64,000 bases of DNA from Bacteroidota bacterium (GTDB taxonomy: Bacteria; Bacteroidota; Bacteroidia; JABEUT01), in contig JABDHI010000005.1 of the NCBI GenBank assembly GCA_013285655.1, forward strand, positions 217 through 64,216, written 5' to 3'. The stretch's first letter is position 1; each line of letters starts with the position of its first letter. A program made the translations under genes and the position numbers. The notes beneath the pieces are model-generated. The model had not been told where the DNA came from, did not search any database, and saw only the letters and a program-made list of their open reading frames with translations. Shown here in pieces: positions 30,225 to 40,210 of the stretch.

Positions 30225-31427
30225 TTACTTACTTATTACAATCTTTTTACAAACATTTATCTTTTCGCCGGCAATGTTCAGGAAATAAATGCCGTTCGAA
30301 ACCGCTTCCGTGCTTATAATCATGTTATTCTCACCTGACTTCAATTCAACCGGCATTTCTTTTACCAATCGACCTGTAATATCATACAAGCCAACTTTTG
30401 CATTGCTTTCAGATACAGAATAAACATTTATGTTTAACTCACTTTTTGCAGGCACGGGCCAGGTAGTAACTTTGTTTTGTGATTCTCCACTAACAGGATC
30501 AATACCTGTGGTAACTGTCCACATATTGGTTGGATATTCAGATGCTGTAGCGCTATTGGCACATTCGGTAGATATACCATACATTTCCTCCCATAATTTA
30601 AGAGTACTGTAGTGGGTCACAGATGTACCATAGTTACCACCTATAATTAATCCGCTACACACCAACAGTGGAATATGGTTACTCGGACTTGTAGAAGAAT
30701 AGTCATCTTCATCCCATATTACAAAAACAACGGTGTTATTAGCAGGATTAGAGGCCCAACGAATCAATGGCATCATATTGGTATGAAACCAATTATCACC
30801 ATTTGGTATAGCAGACGATGCAAGTCCATCGTGCATATCATCAACCGAATTTGGGATTACCCAAGCCATAGTAGGTAATGAGCTGTAATGATTTGAATCG
30901 GGGAAGTAAGTACCTACCGGAGCAAAAGGCAAATCAGATTTTATAGGAATAGTATCGGCGTTGGTGTTGTGCCCGATCCAATTGATCCACGGACAGTGCT
31001 TAGTGTAATAATTACCTTGGTCACCTTTTATCCATCCTACAGATGGCTGGCCTTCAGAATAACCAATAAATGTATAACCTTTCTGAATCATTGAAGAACC
31101 AATGTTACAATCGTTAAAAGGTGTATTAGGAGCGGGGCCTGTTAAGTCAGTTGTAACACCTTGATTTTCTCCTGAGAACAAATCAAGATAATTAGGTTCG
31201 CTTGGGTGGGCAATTGCAGTAGCCAATGTCATATTGGCACAATAAGATTGTTTTGATACATACGTTATTGTTGGTGCAAGAGAAGAACCTATAATTTTAG
31301 CATAGGCATAATTCTCTTCCATTATAACCACTACGTGTGCAGGCGGTTTACCAGGATATTGCGCTTTTACAACAACATTGCTCAATAAAACACAAAGAGC
31401 AATCAGAGTTAATGCAATTTTTTTCAT
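30225..31427 (-). CDS. T9SS-secreted phosphoesterase / acid phosphatase (SapM-like, alkaline phosphatase superfamily)
   Basis: HVVVIMEEN, HPSEPNYLDLFSG, KHCPW, DMHD, WDED, HYS; CTD. Confidence 0.9.
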   Translation of the reverse strand: MKKIALTLIALCVLLSNVVVKAQYPGKPPAHVVVIMEENYAYAKIIGSSLAPTITYVSKQSYCANMTLATAIAHPSEPNYLDLFSGENQGVTTDLTGPAPNTPFNDCNIGSSMIQKGYTFIGYSEGQPSVGWIKGDQGNYYTKHCPWINWIGHNTNADTIPIKSDLPFAPVGTYFPDSNHYSSLPTMAWVIPNSVDDMHDGLASSAIPNGDNWFHTNMMPLIRWASNPANNTVVFVIWDEDDYSSTSPSNHIPLLVCSGLIIGGNYGTSVTHYSTLKLWEEMYGISTECANSATASEYPTNMWTVTTGIDPVSGESQNKVTTWPVPAKSELNINVYSVSESNAKVGLYDITGRLVKEMPVELKSGENNMIISTEAVSNGIYFLNIAGEKINVCKKIVISK

Positions 31428-31461
31428 TTTATTTTTATTAAGAATTCAAATACTTTAAGTT

Positions 31462-32670
31462 TTATTTACTCACTACAATTTTTTGACAAACATTTATTTT
31501 TTCGCCTGTGATATTGAGAAAATAAATTCCGTTTGAAATATCTCCGGTATTAACCACAACATTATTATCCCCGGATTTTAAATCAGTAGTCATTTGTTTC
31601 ACCATACGACCTGTAATATCATATAATCCAATAGTAGCCCTACCCTCCGCAACAGAGGTAATGGCCATTTTCAATTCATCCTTAGCAGGTACTGGCCATG
31701 TAATAACCTTATTGGTTATACCGGCAATACTATTTATACCAACCGCTGCTTTCCATATGGCACTTGGCACTTCGTTAGCTGTAGCACTAGAACCACATTC
31801 AGGCAAACCGTACATTTCTTCCATCATCCTTAAAACACTGTAATGGTTTACCGCTTGGCCGTAACTACCACCTTTTACAATACCCCCAACTATAAACAAT
31901 GGAATATGATTAGATGGACTACCGCTAGCATAATCATCTTCATCCCATATTACAATCATTACCGCATTATTGGCAGGATTAGCAACCCAGCGAACGAGGG
32001 GCATCATATTTTTTTTGAACCAATTATCACCATTAGGAATTGCAGTGGGTGCAGTACCGTCATGCATATCATCAACAGAATTTGGTATAACCCATGTCAT
32101 GGTTGGTAAATTGCTATAATGATTTGAATCGGGGAAATATGTACCTAAAGGGAACATCGGTAAATCAGAAGCAATTGGAACAGAATCGTATGGTGCAGGC
32201 ACACCATAGCCTATCCAATTTATCCAAGGGCAATGTTTTGTATAGTAGTTTCCGGCATCACCTTGATACCAACCAACTGAAGGCTGATCTTCCGAATAAC
32301 CGATAAAGGTTTTACCCGCTTGTATAATAGAAGAACCTAGATTACAATCATTGAATGGTGCATTTGGTGCCGGTCCGGATAAATCTGTCACCACCCCATG
32401 ATTGGTTCCTGAAAACAAATCAAGATAATTAGGCTCACTTGGGTGCATAATAGCGGTGGCTAGTGTCATGTTAGCAGTAATAGAAGTATCCTTTGCCAGT
32501 GCATTAAGGCAAGGAGCAAGAGAGTTTCCTATAATTGTTTTATATGAGTAATTCTCCTCCATTACCACAATAACGTGTGCAGGAGCTGGACCAACGTATT
32601 GCGCCTTCAGGATATTTTCACCTGTTAATACAGCACAAAAAATACTAAAGCAGAATGTAATTTTTCTCAT
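31462..32670 (-). CDS. T9SS-secreted phosphoesterase / acid phosphatase, tandem paralog
   Basis: Same motifs as the neighbour; ATG at 32670 (MRKITFCF) gives a clean signal peptide. Confidence 0.9.
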   Translation of the reverse strand: MRKITFCFSIFCAVLTGENILKAQYVGPAPAHVIVVMEENYSYKTIIGNSLAPCLNALAKDTSITANMTLATAIMHPSEPNYLDLFSGTNHGVVTDLSGPAPNAPFNDCNLGSSIIQAGKTFIGYSEDQPSVGWYQGDAGNYYTKHCPWINWIGYGVPAPYDSVPIASDLPMFPLGTYFPDSNHYSNLPTMTWVIPNSVDDMHDGTAPTAIPNGDNWFKKNMMPLVRWVANPANNAVMIVIWDEDDYASGSPSNHIPLFIVGGIVKGGSYGQAVNHYSVLRMMEEMYGLPECGSSATANEVPSAIWKAAVGINSIAGITNKVITWPVPAKDELKMAITSVAEGRATIGLYDITGRMVKQMTTDLKSGDNNVVVNTGDISNGIYFLNITGEKINVCQKIVVSK

Positions 32671-32740
32671 TATATCAGGGTAATAATTTTTAACGTGCCG
32701 CAATATTAGTAATCGCGCATGTCTATAACTCCGCTATAAA

Positions 32741-32925
32741 TATTAAGTATTTGTTAAGTTTCGAATTGTTTGTGTTAACAATAAGATAATATGCTAAAAC
32801 TCGCACGTTACTACTACCGCATTCTATTGATTTACAAGGCTTACAACTATATTAAAGAATACTAATCTATAGTTGCTCATGGCTATGTAGCTATTCTTAA
32901 CATATGATTAACATTATGTAAATAC
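32741..32925. promoter_or_regulatory. Two sets of 11-bp-period TTAACA direct repeats (Pho-box-like) in the divergent promoter region
   Basis: - strand TTAACA-n5-TTAATA (32757-32741); + strand TTAACA-n5-TTAACA (32897-32913); each lies upstream of a degenerate -7 element. Confidence 0.55.
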
Positions 32926-33007
32926 TGGTTTGTTTCTTTTGCGGCACAAAATGCGTCCCCTTGGTGTTTAGATGCAGTTTGAAAACAAAACAATTATAAC
33001 AATAATC

Positions 33008-35581
33008 ATGAAAAGAAAACAAATCTACCTTTTATCATTAGCATTCCTGGGCTTAATGGGCCGATCGAACGCGCAATGTGGGTTCAATTACCTTGGCCCT
33101 GTTGATTCGGCCAGCCATATTTCATTTGGCGAATCAGAATATGAAGCTATGGCAGTTGATCCTAGCACTAATACCCCATATGTTGCTTATCGCGATGGTA
33201 ACAATTTTTATGGAACTTCAGTAAAAAAATATGTTGCAGGAACTTGGGTACAAGTTGGTGCTACTGGCTTTACTTATGGAGCTACCAGCGCCGAAGTTTA
33301 TGATAATGCTATAACAATTGACAAACATGGTATACCTTATGTAGCTTGCGAAAACAAGGGCTATGCAAACCATTGCGCGGTATATATGTTCAACGGAACT
33401 AAGTGGGATACTTTACCAGGTCAGGTTTCTGGTTTTACAACCCCGGCTCAGTTCATTTCTATAACTACTGATACCAATGGTATTCCTTACGTAGCTTATG
33501 AAAACGTTGCCACATCTAAAATGAATGTTCAAATGTACAATGCACTAACAAAGTCATGGGTACCAGTAGGAGCTTCGGTTGCAGTTTCTAAAGGACAAGC
33601 GCAATATTGTCAAATTGCATTTGACCGTGTACACAATGTTCCTTACGTAGCTTATGAAGATGGCTTTAAGCCAAACCATGCTGACCATTTAATGGTTCAG
33701 TATTTTAACGGTACAAATTGGGTTGTTCCTGGTGTTGCTACTGTACCTGCAGATTCAGTTGGAATTACAACTGATACAGTAAACTGGGTTTCCTTAACTA
33801 TGGATAAAAAAGGTAATGCAATTGTTGCCTACGAAGATTTCTCTTCAGGCAAGAATCTTGGCATTATGATGTTTGACTCGGCAACTTCAACATGGAGTGC
33901 TGATACAAACAATAGGACAAAATATCTTGGCGGTCCTGTAAACTATGTATCAGCAGGCGTTGACTCGGCTGATAACGTTTATGTTGCTTACCAAGATCTG
34001 TCTTACTACGGTTATGATGGTTTAAGTATGGTTGAATATAACAACTCAAAGAACAGTGTAGATTTCGTTGGTTCTTACAAAGTATCACAAGCTGTTTCTG
34101 CCGGTGATGCAAATTTTATCTCCTTAGCTGTAGATAACCATGGCGTACCGATGCTTGCTTACGAAGATAAAGGTGTGGGCGACCACGCACAAGCATTCCA
34201 ATGGAGTAGCTCAGCAAAACAATGGCTCTATATGTCCACTACCGGTATTTCTAACATGAACCCGGGTACCGCGAATGGATTAGCACAATACACTTCAATT
34301 TCTGTTTCTCCTACTACAAGTAACCCATACATTGCTTACCACGATGCTAACACAGGTGGCAAGGCTACTGTGATGATGTATAATGGAAGTACTTGGTCTA
34401 CTGTAGGTACACCTGGTATTTCTTTAGGTACTGCAAAGTTTACCAATATGGGCTTTGATGCTGCCGGCGATCCTATTTGTCTTTTCACCGATGGCGGAGC
34501 TACTACCAAATATAGCATATCTTGTATGAAATATACTACTGGTGCATGGTCTGCAATAGGAACCAATGCTGCTGCAGTTAGTGGTGGTACATGCTATTAC
34601 GCTTCTATGGCTATTTGGAAAGATACTATTTACACAGCGTTTGAACTTGCTGACTACCACATGTCAGTTATGAAATGTGCTGTTGGTGGTTCTACCTGGA
34701 CCAACGTAGGCCCTGCTGATGTTAATGGTGATTCTGCTTCTTACGAAAACATTGCAGTTGATAAAAACGGAAATGTTTACGTGGCCTTCTCTGATAACGC
34801 TTCAAACCAAAATGGTATTTCAGTAATGGAATATACAAGCACCGGCTGGCAATGGGTTGGTACACGTAACTTCTCAGGTGGTAAATCTGTTTACCCTTCT
34901 ATCAAGATCAATCCACTTACAAATATGCCTGTAGTTGCTTACTCTTCTTACGGAGCCGGTAACGAAGCTAATGTTCAGGAATGGAACGGTAGCGCATGGG
35001 TATATGTTGGTGCTGCCGGTTTCTCAACCGACTGGACCAGCTACATGTCACTTGCAATTGATCCTAAAGGCGCTTACTACGTATCTTATGATGATTGGGG
35101 TAACGAAGTTCACAACCAAGGCCAATATGATGTTACTGTAGAAAAATTTGACACCAAAGTTGACACTGCGTGGAAGGTTCTTCCATTAGGCGGCGGTTCT
35201 TGCTCTCAAAATGGTGCTTCTTATGAACAATGTACACTTGATGCAAATGGTAACCTGTATGTAGCTTATTCTTCTTACAGTGCATTTGTACAAGAATTGA
35301 ATTGCCCATTAGGCATCAATGAAATTAATGGTAATAGCAACGCTCATGTTAGTGTGTTTCCTAACCCTAACCACGGTTCGTTTACTGTTGCAGTAACAAA
35401 TGCTCCTGAAAAATCATACATCAGTGTATTTGATGTTCTTGGTCAGAACATTTACCAAACCAAATTAACCTCTGACAAAACAGAGATCAACCTTGGCACA
35501 CAAGCTCCTGGTATTTATTTATACCGCGTTCTTGCTGAAAATGGCAATGTAATTTCTACAGGAAAACTGATAATTAAATAA
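33008..35581 (+). CDS. T9SS-secreted protein with repeated PYVAYxD beta-propeller blades
   Basis: Signal peptide from ATG 33008; about 50-aa repeats GxPYVAYxD...YxGxxWxxVG; CTD VFPNP...GIYLYRV...GKLIIK. Confidence 0.85.
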   Translation: MKRKQIYLLSLAFLGLMGRSNAQCGFNYLGPVDSASHISFGESEYEAMAVDPSTNTPYVAYRDGNNFYGTSVKKYVAGTWVQVGATGFTYGATSAEVYDNAITIDKHGIPYVACENKGYANHCAVYMFNGTKWDTLPGQVSGFTTPAQFISITTDTNGIPYVAYENVATSKMNVQMYNALTKSWVPVGASVAVSKGQAQYCQIAFDRVHNVPYVAYEDGFKPNHADHLMVQYFNGTNWVVPGVATVPADSVGITTDTVNWVSLTMDKKGNAIVAYEDFSSGKNLGIMMFDSATSTWSADTNNRTKYLGGPVNYVSAGVDSADNVYVAYQDLSYYGYDGLSMVEYNNSKNSVDFVGSYKVSQAVSAGDANFISLAVDNHGVPMLAYEDKGVGDHAQAFQWSSSAKQWLYMSTTGISNMNPGTANGLAQYTSISVSPTTSNPYIAYHDANTGGKATVMMYNGSTWSTVGTPGISLGTAKFTNMGFDAAGDPICLFTDGGATTKYSISCMKYTTGAWSAIGTNAAAVSGGTCYYASMAIWKDTIYTAFELADYHMSVMKCAVGGSTWTNVGPADVNGDSASYENIAVDKNGNVYVAFSDNASNQNGISVMEYTSTGWQWVGTRNFSGGKSVYPSIKINPLTNMPVVAYSSYGAGNEANVQEWNGSAWVYVGAAGFSTDWTSYMSLAIDPKGAYYVSYDDWGNEVHNQGQYDVTVEKFDTKVDTAWKVLPLGGGSCSQNGASYEQCTLDANGNLYVAYSSYSAFVQELNCPLGINEINGNSNAHVSVFPNPNHGSFTVAVTNAPEKSYISVFDVLGQNIYQTKLTSDKTEINLGTQAPGIYLYRVLAENGNVISTGKLIIK

Positions 35582-35600
35582 TTGCAAATTTTGAGTACTT

Positions 35601-35640
35601 AGGAAAAGCAACATATGTATATATGTTGCTTTTCCTTTTT
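35601..35640 (+). terminator. Intrinsic terminator-like hairpin
   Basis: AGGAAAAGCAACATAT-gtat-ATATGTTGCTTTTCCT 16-bp stem plus T run. Confidence 0.85.
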
Positions 35641-35677
35641 AAAGAAAATAATAGCTGACAGTATAATTCTTCTAATC

Positions 35678-37177
35678 ATGAAAAAAATATCTACACTTGT
35701 TTTATTGGCTCTCTTACTATTTGGTAGCGCAAATGCTCAAAATATTTTCGGACCGGGTCATCACATTATTTGTTATTCAACCCATCCGGTTGATACTACC
35801 GTAGCAAGGCCGCACAACAATGCTAAGGCCCTAATACGTTCATCAGGCGATACATTAATTGCCTACATCAACCGTGCTAAGTATACCCTTGATATAGCAC
35901 TTTATGATTATGTAGAAGATAGCACATGGTACGAAGGCGGATATGTACCACCCATACATACAGCAATTAATAACGCGTATGCTCGTGGTGTAAAAATCCG
36001 CTGGATTCATAACCCAAGTGATTCTTCGAAAGGTTTTAATGCTGCAATAACACCTAATTACGGGCTTGCACTTATAAACAAGGCTATACCTACATTGCCA
36101 AGCGCATCATACAGCGGTATTATGCACAATAAATTTGTAGTTATTGATGGAAGATCATCAAATCCAGATGATGCGATTCTTTGGACTGGTTGCATGAACT
36201 GGGAACCGGGTCAAATTTGCAAAGACATTAACAACATTATAATTTTCCAGGATTCTGCTCTTGCCCATACCTACCTTACTCAATTTAACCAAATGTGGGG
36301 AGATAGTGTTGAAGGTGGACAACCTAACTTAACAAAATCGGTATTTGGACCTAAAGAAAAAAACATTACGCAGCACAATTTCTCAATTGATGGCTATTGG
36401 ATCGAATCTTATTTCAGTCCTGCTGACCAAACCAGCAACCATATTATCTCTACTATACAAACTGCTCAAAGCGAATTAGACTTTGAAATGTTCACCTTTA
36501 CCTTACAAGCTGACGATGCTCCTATTGTTGCAGCAATTAACAGAGGTGTAAATGTGCATGGTATTATGGATCAGTCGAGCTTAGGTTATACGCCCTATAC
36601 AGATTTAAGTAATGCCATGGGTTCTAATCTTTTAATTTATAGTGGTTTACCAGGTTACTATTCAAACGGTATTTGTCATAGCAAATACATTATGGTCGAC
36701 CCTTGTGATTATTCCTGGAACGCAGACCCTAAAATTTTAACCGGCTCGCATAATTGGAGCTCATCAGCGAATACAGTTAATGATGAAAATACTGTAATTG
36801 TGCATGATTCTTCTATTGTTAACCAATACTATCAAGCTTTCCACGCTGACTTCTTAGCATTATCGACTGCAGGTGGTACACCGGTAAACCTGGTTCAAAC
36901 TTGTATACCATTAGGTGTAAATGAAGTACACAATATTGATGAGGTTACTATGTTCCCTAACCCAACTAGCAATACACTGAAAGTTACACTCAACATACCG
37001 GGTAGCAACATAACTTATTCTATTTATAACAACTTGGGGCAAATGGTACAATCAGGCAAGTTAGATGCACGATACGTTAATACGTTGAATACCGATGGCC
37101 TAGCTTCAGGTATGTATTTACTACGTGTGCAAACAGGCAACACCAAAGAATTTACCGGAAAATTCATTAAGCAATAA
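35678..37177 (+). CDS. T9SS-secreted phospholipase D superfamily protein, copy 1
   Basis: Two HKD motifs (HNKFVVID, HSKYIMVD), TGSHNWS, NDEN; signal peptide from ATG 35678; CTD. Confidence 0.9.
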   Translation: MKKISTLVLLALLLFGSANAQNIFGPGHHIICYSTHPVDTTVARPHNNAKALIRSSGDTLIAYINRAKYTLDIALYDYVEDSTWYEGGYVPPIHTAINNAYARGVKIRWIHNPSDSSKGFNAAITPNYGLALINKAIPTLPSASYSGIMHNKFVVIDGRSSNPDDAILWTGCMNWEPGQICKDINNIIIFQDSALAHTYLTQFNQMWGDSVEGGQPNLTKSVFGPKEKNITQHNFSIDGYWIESYFSPADQTSNHIISTIQTAQSELDFEMFTFTLQADDAPIVAAINRGVNVHGIMDQSSLGYTPYTDLSNAMGSNLLIYSGLPGYYSNGICHSKYIMVDPCDYSWNADPKILTGSHNWSSSANTVNDENTVIVHDSSIVNQYYQAFHADFLALSTAGGTPVNLVQTCIPLGVNEVHNIDEVTMFPNPTSNTLKVTLNIPGSNITYSIYNNLGQMVQSGKLDARYVNTLNTDGLASGMYLLRVQTGNTKEFTGKFIKQ

Positions 37178-37198
37178 AACGAATTTGATCCTATATAG

Positions 37199-37230
37199 TA
37201 AAACAAGCTGCTATATGGCAGCTTGTTTTA
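37199..37230 (+). terminator. Intrinsic terminator-like hairpin
   Basis: TAAAACAAGCTGC-tatatg-GCAGCTTGTTTTA. Confidence 0.8.
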
Positions 37231-37254
37231 TGTAAGCAAACTCCAATATCAATT

Positions 37255-38706
37255 ATGAAACGCAATATCATACTAACTTTCCTCTTATTATTTTCCTGTA
37301 TCGGTTTAGATGCACAATCTATATTCGGACCAAATCATCATATAGTTTGTTATTTTACTAGACCAGTGGATACAACCGTAGCACGAACCGAAAAAGCCGT
37401 TGCGATTATTAGAAAGGCAGGTGATACAGTAGTTAAATACATTGACAGGGCGAGGTATACACTTGATATTGCCATGTATGATTTTGTAGAAGACAGTACC
37501 TGGTTTGAGCAGGGTTATATTGCTAACATTGCTGCTGCAATAAATAGAGCTTATGCCCGTGGAGTTAAAATACGGTGGGTATGTAACCAGATAGACTCTA
37601 TGTATTCGCCGAATACCGGACTTGATAGTATTAATAAAGCTATTTATACTTTACCGAGCCCAACAGGTGGCAATTATGGAATTATGCATAATAAATTTAT
37701 GGTTATTGATGGCCGATCATCTAATCCGAATGATCCAATACTTTGGACAGGTTGCATGAATTGGGAACCGGGACAGATTGATAAAGATGCAAACAATATT
37801 GTAATTATTCAAGATTCAGCAGTGGCACATTGCTATTTGGCTGAGTTTAACCAGATGTGGGGAGATACGGTAGAAGGCGGAAAATATAACCTTACAAATT
37901 CAAAGTTCGGAAAATACAAAAAAAACATAATGCGCCACAACTTTAATGTCGATGGTCATCAAGTGGAAGCATACTTTAGCCCAACCGATACTACCAGTAA
38001 TCATATTGTATCTACCATCACCTCTGCCAAAACAGAAATTGATTTTGGAGTTTTCGAATTTAGCTACGCTGCTGATGCCAACGCTATAGTAACTATGATT
38101 AAAAAAGGACTTTATGTAGCAGGTATAATGGACCAATACAGTTTGCAATATGCTCCCTATGGCACGTTAAGTAATTACCTTGCCTCGATGTTACAACTAT
38201 ATGCAGGCTCTGATTCACTTTTTCACAATAAGTATGTTATTATAGATCCTTGCAACATGCAAGCAGATCCTAAGGTTTTAACCGGTTCGCATAACTGGAC
38301 CAACGAAGCAGAAGTTTTTAATGATGAAAATATACTTATCATTCACGATTCAACTGTTGCCAATTTATTCTATCAAGCGTTTCATCGAGAATTCTATAGT
38401 TTAGGGGGAACATTAACTGAACAATGCATACCGCTAACCGTTAATGAAGTTAGTTCATACCATAACTTGGTTAAAGCCTTTCCTGATCCATGCAATGGTA
38501 TTATAAACTTCAATATTGAAAATACAAATGAAAACTCTATGCTTGAAATATGTAACCTATTGGGCAAAATAATTTACACTACAAAAATCACTACTTCTTC
38601 AACCATACAATTAAATCTTGAAAACCAACCTTCAGGTATCTATTTCTATAAAGTAATTTCAGAAAAAGGAGAGGCGGAGGCAAGTGGTAAATTTGCTATC
38701 CTGTAA
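37255..38706 (+). CDS. T9SS-secreted phospholipase D superfamily protein, copy 2
   Basis: HNKFMVID, HNKYVIID, TGSHNWT; paralog of the upstream gene; CTD. Confidence 0.9.
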   Translation: MKRNIILTFLLLFSCIGLDAQSIFGPNHHIVCYFTRPVDTTVARTEKAVAIIRKAGDTVVKYIDRARYTLDIAMYDFVEDSTWFEQGYIANIAAAINRAYARGVKIRWVCNQIDSMYSPNTGLDSINKAIYTLPSPTGGNYGIMHNKFMVIDGRSSNPNDPILWTGCMNWEPGQIDKDANNIVIIQDSAVAHCYLAEFNQMWGDTVEGGKYNLTNSKFGKYKKNIMRHNFNVDGHQVEAYFSPTDTTSNHIVSTITSAKTEIDFGVFEFSYAADANAIVTMIKKGLYVAGIMDQYSLQYAPYGTLSNYLASMLQLYAGSDSLFHNKYVIIDPCNMQADPKVLTGSHNWTNEAEVFNDENILIIHDSTVANLFYQAFHREFYSLGGTLTEQCIPLTVNEVSSYHNLVKAFPDPCNGIINFNIENTNENSMLEICNLLGKIIYTTKITTSSTIQLNLENQPSGIYFYKVISEKGEAEASGKFAIL

Positions 38707-38768
38707 AACTTTAAGGAGCATTTTATACTTTACTTTCATTACATCCGTTTACCCATCCGGTAAGCTTA

Positions 38769-38800
38769 TTTGACTATATGCCTATTTTTCAATAAATTTG
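38769..38800 (+). promoter_or_regulatory. Bacteroidota -33/-7 promoter
   Basis: TTTG (38769-38772), 20 nt, TAAATTTG (38793-38800). Confidence 0.7.
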
Positions 38801-38848
38801 ATAAAGGGTTATCAAATAAATTACAGATGATCAGAAGTATAACGGAAA

Positions 38849-40210
38849 ATGGCAAAAGCAAAAAAAATATGGAAGTGCCTGTTTGTCAGTATATATTTTG
38901 CTTTAAATGGTAGTCTCCAGGCACAGGTTTACACCATAACTACCATTGCTGGCACAGGCATGGCGGGTTTTTCTAACGACGGAAATCCTTCTATTAATGC
39001 AATGTTATACTACCCACTATCAGTAAGTGTAGATAGCACAGGTAGCATTTATATTGCTGACTGGGGCAATTCAAGGGTTCGCAAAATAAACAGCAATGGA
39101 ATAATAAATACCATTGCTGGAGATGGGAAATTTTCTTTTTCTGGTGATGGAAGTTTCGCTTATGTCTCAGGCTTATGTGGCCCAACAGGAGTATATACTG
39201 ACTTGAAGGGCAATATATATATTGCTGATATTGGAAACGAACGAATAAGAGAAATTAATTCGGCCGGAATTATAAGTACAATTGCTGGGAGTGGCGCCTA
39301 TGGTTTTTCGGGTGATGGTGGTCCCGCTACCCTTGCTTCATTTAAAGACCCGACTGGGATTGCAGTAGATGATTCGGGAAATGTATTTATTGCTGATGTT
39401 TTTAATAACCGGATAAGAAAGATTAATAAAACCGGCACTATTATAACCATTGCTGGCAATGGCATAGCAGGATACGCTGGTGATGGAGGCAATGCCACTT
39501 CGGCTGAATTATATTACCCTACGGGTATTGCAATTGATAGTATTGATGACATTTATATAGCTGATGAAGATAACAACCGGATACGAAAAATAGACAGAAC
39601 CGGAATCATCACAACTATAGCCGGAAATGGCATGAGTGGATATTCAGGCGACGGGGGCCTGGCAACTGCTGCAAAAATAAATTTTCCGGGAGGCGTTGCA
39701 GTAGACAACAAACATAATGTTTACATAGCTGACGCTAATAATCATCGAATACGTATGGTTAATGCACAGGGCACTATATCAACTATTGCCGGAACCGGAA
39801 AGGCCGGATATTCGGGAGATGGAGAATTTGCACTTGGTGCTGAGTTAAACAACCCTACAGGCATTGCAGTAGATAATTTTGGCAATATAATTGTTGGAGA
39901 TGCATTTAATTTTAGGGTACGCGAGCTAATGAAAATAGGTGACCGGAATTTTAACTCGGGACTTGAATCAGTAAGTGTTTATCCCAACCCCAATCACGGT
40001 ATATTCAATGTAATGCTTCAAAATTCAAACGGCAATAATGAAACTATTGAAATTTATAATGTAGTAGGAGAAAAAATATATAGTTCGCATTTGTTTCAAA
40101 ATGGGAACACTGAGATAAGTCTTGGTTATTTAAACGCTGGTATGTACCTTTATAGGGTGATTAATGATAATACCTCTGTTGACTTCAGAGGCAAAATTGT
40201 TATCCTTTAA
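38849..40210 (+). CDS. T9SS-secreted NHL-repeat beta-propeller protein
   Basis: Six repeats PxGIAVDxxGNIYIADxxNxRIRKI...TIAGxG..SGDGG; CTD VYPNP. Confidence 0.92.
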   Translation: MAKAKKIWKCLFVSIYFALNGSLQAQVYTITTIAGTGMAGFSNDGNPSINAMLYYPLSVSVDSTGSIYIADWGNSRVRKINSNGIINTIAGDGKFSFSGDGSFAYVSGLCGPTGVYTDLKGNIYIADIGNERIREINSAGIISTIAGSGAYGFSGDGGPATLASFKDPTGIAVDDSGNVFIADVFNNRIRKINKTGTIITIAGNGIAGYAGDGGNATSAELYYPTGIAIDSIDDIYIADEDNNRIRKIDRTGIITTIAGNGMSGYSGDGGLATAAKINFPGGVAVDNKHNVYIADANNHRIRMVNAQGTISTIAGTGKAGYSGDGEFALGAELNNPTGIAVDNFGNIIVGDAFNFRVRELMKIGDRNFNSGLESVSVYPNPNHGIFNVMLQNSNGNNETIEIYNVVGEKIYSSHLFQNGNTEISLGYLNAGMYLYRVINDNTSVDFRGKIVIL

